Origin: Dehalococcoidales bacterium
Lineage (GTDB): Bacteria; Chloroflexota; Dehalococcoidia; Dehalococcoidales; JAUWZL01
Length of the DNA: 64,000 nucleotides
Assembly (NCBI GenBank): GCA_034413595.1
Contig: DAOUMC010000018.1
Coordinates: 57,079-121,078, forward strand
Direction: 5' to 3'
Part shown: positions 59,527 through 64,000 of the stretch, in pieces
How positions within the stretch are numbered: position 1 is the stretch's first letter
Layout: every line of letters begins with the position of its first letter
Made by a program: the position numbers and the translations under genes
The notes under the pieces: generated by a model
Told to the model about the DNA's origin: nothing
Seen by the model: the letters and a program-made list of their open reading frames with translations, nothing else
Databases searched by the model: none

Positions 59527-60705
59527 TTATGACCGGCCTCCGGCAACCAGAGATGCTAGTGACAGTGTGGATGGTATCCCCGCCTGTGCCCGGGTTGACG
59601 CACCGGCCGGCTGGTACCTACTGGTCGCATAGTCCCGCCACAGGACATTCAGACCATCCATATCAAAGCCATAGACAGCCATCAGGGCACCATCATAGGT
59701 GGCCCCCTGCTTGAAGGTGTTGAGCAGCTCAAACATCTTGTCCTGACCATAGGTTGAGATGAGAAACTCAACCAGACTGTAGCTCTGAGCATAGGAGAGA
59801 TAGGACTGGTCCGGGTAGGCGGAAAAGGGACTGGCCAGGCTGCGCACCGAAATGAGGCTATCCTGGGCCACCGCCTCGGCCAGCAGGTTCTGGTAGAACA
59901 GCTCCAGCTCTCCCTCGGCGTACATGGACAGGCCTTCACTAAGCCAGGTGGGTAAAGAGTTGTAGGGGTTAAAGGTCATCTGGTGCGTTACCACATGGGC
60001 CAGTTCGTGGACAATGGCCCTCTTGCCCCAGTCAATGTTTGCCGGGTCTATACCGATGACTATGGTCCCCTGCCGGGCATAGGTTACTCCTCCGGTCCAC
60101 TCCTGAGGATATATCATCGCCCCCTGCAAATCCTGGGTACTGCCATAGATATAAAACTTGATCGGCTTTTCCAGATGGGCACCGGTATCTTCGGCCAGCC
60201 GGACCAGTGCCTGCTCAATGGTTGCCATCAGCTCCTGGGCAAAGGAGTCGTCACCCTTATACCAGTACAGGGTGATATTGTCCCGGCTCATACTTTGCCA
60301 GGAATAGCGGTTATCGTCAAAGTTGACCTGCTGCCGGTTTGTTATAAAATCACCGCCGGCGGCGTCAACTATAGTCCACCAGTACTCCACCACTGCCCCG
60401 GGGGGTAGACCGCCGGTCTTTACCATATCCAGGCTCCAGCTGGCCGCCACGCTGGTGCCGGGGACAAAGCTGATTTTAACCTCATTGGTCACCGGGGCAA
60501 AGCTCTCCAGTTCAATGACATAGTGGAGACGAACATCGGTGATATTTACCTCACTCTTAATGGCCAGATTAAAGTCAAGAGAGGTCGGAAACACCGCCCT
60601 GGCCGAGTCCGTGGGCACCGTTATCTCCGTCTGGGCCTGAACCGGGCTCAGCGCTGGCAGCAGCAAGCCCAGGACTGTGGCCAAAGCAACGATTTTCTTA
60701 ATCAT
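59527..60705 (-). CDS. Secreted peptidase MA (gluzincin)-like protein
   Basis: Signal peptide ending PVQAQ, then HELAHV plus a downstream EGLSMYAE. The start overlaps the prfB 3' end by 8 nt. Confidence 0.7.
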   Translation of the reverse strand: MIKKIVALATVLGLLLPALSPVQAQTEITVPTDSARAVFPTSLDFNLAIKSEVNITDVRLHYVIELESFAPVTNEVKISFVPGTSVAASWSLDMVKTGGLPPGAVVEYWWTIVDAAGGDFITNRQQVNFDDNRYSWQSMSRDNITLYWYKGDDSFAQELMATIEQALVRLAEDTGAHLEKPIKFYIYGSTQDLQGAMIYPQEWTGGVTYARQGTIVIGIDPANIDWGKRAIVHELAHVVTHQMTFNPYNSLPTWLSEGLSMYAEGELELFYQNLLAEAVAQDSLISVRSLASPFSAYPDQSYLSYAQSYSLVEFLISTYGQDKMFELLNTFKQGATYDGALMAVYGFDMDGLNVLWRDYATSRYQPAGASTRAQAGIPSTLSLASLVAGGRS

Positions 60706-61799
60706 CTTCCCTGCCCAACCCGGACCTAAAGTATGCGGTGATAAAGCCGTCTATTTCCCCGTTTAACACCGCTTCGGTATCACTCGTCTGATAACCGGTA
60801 CGGTGGTCTTTCACCATCTTATACGGGTGAAGGACATAGCTCCTGATCTGGTTGCCCCAGCCAGCGACTATCCGCTCGCCCTTGAGCTTGGCTCTTTCCT
60901 CCTGCCTCCTGGCCAACTCCAGCTTTAACAGGCGGGCTTCAAGAATTTTCATGGCGATTTCCCGGTTTTGATACTGTGAACGCTCACTCTGGGAGGTAGC
61001 GGTAAGCCCGGTAGGCAGGTGAGTGATTCTGACGGCGCTGCTGGTCTTCTGCATGTGCTGCCCGCCGGGCCCGCTAGAGCGAAAGGTATCAATCCTCAGG
61101 TCATCCGGTGACAGCTTTATATCAACTTCATCTTCGGCTTCGGGCATGACCTCAACCAGGGCAAACGAGGTGTGACGGGCATGGTCGGCATCAAAGGGGG
61201 AAAGACGGACCAGCCGATGGACGCCGTGTTCTGATTTCAGGTAGCCGAAGCTGTAATCACCGCTGACCTCAACCACAGCGCTCTTTACCCCGGCCTCTTC
61301 GCCAGGTGAGGAGTCCAGCACCTCGGCCTGATAGCCACGGTGCTCAGCCCAGCGAAGGTACATCCGGAGCAACATTTCAGCCCAGTCCTGGGATTCAACG
61401 CCTCCAGCCCCGGCATGAATGGCCAGTATAGCGTTACGGCTGTCATAATCACCGCCTAAAGACATCTGCAGTTCCAACTCAGCAAGAAGGGCGCCAATCT
61501 TGTTTATCTCGGACTGAAGCTCTTTGCTTAACGGGGTGTCCTCCGTCTCAAGCGAGGCCAGTTCAGCAACATCGGCCAGCCTCTTTTCCAGTCCCCGCCA
61601 TCTGTCCACAATCCTCTTTGCTTCAGCCAACCGGCGCATAACATCCTTAGCCCTGCTCTGGTCCTGCCAGAAGTCGGGCCTGGCAGCCAGTTTCTCCAGC
61701 CTCTTTACCTCTTGTTCTCTGGCGGCGATGTCAAAGACACACCATAGCTTGAGAGATTCTTTGCCGCAGTGTGCTTATTTGTTCCTCTGATTGCTGCAC
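60698..61799 (-). CDS. prfB: Peptide chain release factor 2, with programmed +1 frameshift
   Basis: Frame 0 runs from GTG 61799 to CTT (61736-34), followed by an in-frame TGA (61733-31). The +1 frame continues GAC ATC ... into the 313-aa ORF with GGQ (SGPGGQH) and SPF motifs. The site is the classic CTT TGA C. Confidence 0.93.
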
Positions 61800-61831
61800 A
61801 ATTTCCTCCTGCCCATTAACCAGTTATAATA

Positions 61832-62557
61832 CTAATCTGCCCGGCCAAAAAGCCTTCCCTGATAGGCCGATTGGTACTCCTTGCTCTTAGGCTGAAGAGC
61901 ACCCCCGGCCGCCAGGTGAGCCAGGCGCGTCGGCTCGGGCAGACGATAGCCACGGCAGTACTCCAACACCCAGTAAATGGCATTCTCAAGGCTAATTTTA
62001 TGGCCTGTAGAGACATAGACCGGCTTTACCCCGTTTTTGGTTCTCAGGGCGACGCCTACGGTCTCACCCCGGTCGGTGACCACGGCATAGCTGCCCGATT
62101 CCCTGCCCGGCTCCTGATGGCTGCCGCAGAGCCGGGATTTGGCGCAACCGATAGTCGGTATATCCAGAATCAACCCCAGATGGCTGGCGATGCCCAGCCT
62201 CCGGGGGTGGGCAATCCCCTGGCCATCAACCATTATGAGGTCTGGAGAAAGGGAAAGCTTCTGGCAGGCAGCCAGAATCAGTGGTGACTCCCTGAAGGAC
62301 AAAAGACCCGGAATATAGGGAAAATCCAGCTTCCCCTGGGCCGCCTCCACTTCTACCAGCCTTAGCTCAGGATAGCTCAGGACAACAATCGCCGCCTGGG
62401 CCATCTCCCCGGCCTTGCCGACAGCGATATCCACTCCGGCGACAAATCTGGGGGCCGTGACCTCCCCGGTTTTTGACACCCGCCGTGACAGTTGCCGCTG
62501 AAGCCCTACGGCCTGAGTCGGGCTGAGCTGCCACCGATGCCGGTTACTAATTTCCAC
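61832..62557 (-). CDS. nfi: Endonuclease V (deoxyinosine 3' endonuclease)
   Basis: Contains HRWQLSPTQAVGLQ, VAGVDI and DGQGIAHPRRLGIASHLG. The start is GTG. Confidence 0.9.
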   Translation of the reverse strand: MEISNRHRWQLSPTQAVGLQRQLSRRVSKTGEVTAPRFVAGVDIAVGKAGEMAQAAIVVLSYPELRLVEVEAAQGKLDFPYIPGLLSFRESPLILAACQKLSLSPDLIMVDGQGIAHPRRLGIASHLGLILDIPTIGCAKSRLCGSHQEPGRESGSYAVVTDRGETVGVALRTKNGVKPVYVSTGHKISLENAIYWVLEYCRGYRLPEPTRLAHLAAGGALQPKSKEYQSAYQGRLFGRAD

Positions 62558-62563
62558 CCTTCA

Positions 62564-62593
62564 ATTATAACGATTGTATAAACACCTTGACAA
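62564..62593 (-). promoter_or_regulatory. nfi promoter (TTGTCA-18-TATAAT) placed 6 nt from the GTG start (leaderless geometry)
   Basis: Minus-strand TTGTCA at 62593-88 and TATAAT at 62569-64, then TGAAGG and GTG at 62557. Confidence 0.5.
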
Positions 62594-62613
62594 ATAGAAG
62601 TTCAGATACACTA

Positions 62614-62642
62614 TTGACAGCCAAATAGTTATAGTGCATAAT
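62614..62642 (+). promoter_or_regulatory. rpsP promoter (TTGACA-17-CATAAT), 10 nt from ATG, no SD
   Basis: TTGACA at 62614-19 and CATAAT at 62637-42; ATG at 62653. Confidence 0.55.
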
Positions 62643-62652
62643 AACCAACAAC

Positions 62653-62922
62653 ATGGTAAAAATCAGGCTCAGGCGAGTAGGTGCCCCAAAGAAACCGAGC
62701 TACCGGCTGGTGGTAGCCGACTCCCGCTCACCACGAGACGGGGCTTTTATCACCGTTATCGGGCATTACAACCCCATGACCAACCCCGAGACGGTTGTTA
62801 TTAATGAAGAAGAAGCGCTGAAATGGCTGGGGCGAGGCGCCCAACCCACAATCACCGCCGGCAGACTGCTGACCAAGGCAGGTATTATGGAAAAGTTTAA
62901 GGCAACAAAGGAGAAAACATGA
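62653..62922 (+). CDS. rpsP: 30S ribosomal protein S16
   Basis: Starts [30 protein letters not shown]. Confidence 0.97.
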   Translation: MVKIRLRRVGAPKKPSYRLVVADSRSPRDGAFITVIGHYNPMTNPETVVINEEEALKWLGRGAQPTITAGRLLTKAGIMEKFKATKEKT

Positions 62923-63146
62923 AAGACCTAGTAGAGTACATCGCCAAATCACTGGTCAACTCACCCGATGATGTAGTGGTTACCGAGGAAAAGGACGAAG
63001 AGGGAATAGTTCTGAAACTGCAGGTTGCTGACGAAGATAAGGGCCGGATTATCGGCAAACAGGGCCGGATAGCCCAGGCCATGCGCACCCTGATCAGGGT
63101 AAAGGCGGCCAAGGCGGGCACCAGAGCCACCCTGGAGATTATCTGA
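62919..63146 (+). CDS. KH-domain RNA-binding protein (YlqC/UPF0109)
   Basis: 75 aa with the [17 protein letters not shown] loop. It overlaps rpsP by ATGA. Confidence 0.88.
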   Translation: MKDLVEYIAKSLVNSPDDVVVTEEKDEEGIVLKLQVADEDKGRIIGKQGRIAQAMRTLIRVKAAKAGTRATLEII

Positions 63147-63265
63147 GAAACAAGGCCACAAAGTCAAGGGGTTTCTGTCTTCAGAATCTTCCCATCCAAG
63201 CATCTGGGCCAGCTGATTGCTTTTACAGACAGGTGCTGGCAAGCTGGCACCGTTGTCGCCCTAAG

Positions 63266-63691
63266 CTAGACCTCGGGTCTCTTTCTCCTGCGTCTGGCGG
63301 CTACCCTGAGCCGGATCAGTGAGCGGTGCAGAGCAGCCTCGGCTCGGGCGGCATCAACTCCAGGGGTGTATCTTTCCGCCAGACGCTGCTCGGCACGGCG
63401 TTTGGCCTCTTCAGCCCGGGCGATATCAATCTCTTCGGCCCTCTCAGCAGAGTCAGCCAGGACAATGACCCGGTCCGGGCGCACCTCAAAAAAACCTCCA
63501 GAAACAGCCAGGGCAAACTCTTCATCTCCTTTTCTGGCTATCAGTTCTCCCGGCTGGAGCATGGTCATCAGGGGGGCGTGGTGCGGCAGAATTCCCAGCT
63601 GCCCCTCAACACCCGGGGCGATGACCATGTCAACATCGTCGGAGTAAACCGAGCGCTCGGCAGTAACAATATCAAGCCTCATTCTGGTCAT
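63266..63691 (-). CDS. atpC: F0F1 ATP synthase subunit epsilon
   Basis: Contains [11 protein letters not shown] ... [11 protein letters not shown] and a helical C-terminus. Confidence 0.92.
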   Translation of the reverse strand: MTRMRLDIVTAERSVYSDDVDMVIAPGVEGQLGILPHHAPLMTMLQPGELIARKGDEEFALAVSGGFFEVRPDRVIVLADSAERAEEIDIARAEEAKRRAEQRLAERYTPGVDAARAEAALHRSLIRLRVAARRRRKRPEV

Positions 63692-63709
63692 AATTTTTAT
63701 AATCCCCGA

Positions 63710-64000
<291 letters not shown>

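Noticed and set aside
63147-63265. Possible small RNA or terminator between the KH-protein gene and atpC.
   Set aside because: Only weak hairpins are present (GAAAC...GTTTC; GGTGC...GCACC) with no U tract. The convergent gene ends make a functional element plausible, but the sequence does not support a confident call.

Overview
The window reads as core chromosome of a strictly anaerobic bacterium. I tentatively place it in the Dehalococcoidia-like Chloroflexota, an inference from gene content only: a bacterial Elp3, a CODH/ACS cluster with a DUF3786 gene, and archaeal-type amino-sugar genes. I call about 60 protein genes, one tRNA-Ser(UGA) and one cobalamin riboswitch. I saw no rRNA, CRISPR array, transposase or integrase. 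Main blocks, in order: (1) folD plus a complete CODH/ACS-corrinoid cluster (acsD, a Fur-family gene, cooS, acsB, acsC, acsE, DUF3786). (2) An archaeal-type UDP-GlcNAc block (glmS, two tandem nucleotidyltransferase paralogs, a phosphohexomutase). (3) trxA and a riboswitch-controlled btuFCD-like importer. (4) A ccdA-tlpA thiol-redox operon. (5) Elp3 divergently paired with a Trm9-like methyltransferase, followed by small Cys4 proteins. (6) rimI, queH, ruvB and rpoB-rpoC. (7) ribF, tyrS, serC-like, serA, pdxT, DUF1015, ligA and pth. (8) eno and gap separated by two unusual inserted genes. (9) A stand-alone CetZ/tubulin-like GTPase. (10) dnaX-ybaB-recR, recO, lysS, serS and tRNA-Ser. (11) A prfB (programmed +1 frameshift)-peptidase-radC-SBP operon, then nfi, rpsP, a KH protein and atpC/atpD. 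The candidates most worth follow-up are the Elp3 / Trm9-like / Zn-ribbon / desulforedoxin neighbourhood (a possible bacterial mcm5U-type wobble-modification module), the CetZ-like tubulin homolog, the methyltransferase-fold and dehydratase-like pair wedged between eno and gap, and the Fur-family regulator with its own palindromic box inside the Ni/Fe enzyme cluster. All family assignments come from reading motifs by eye. No database search was possible.
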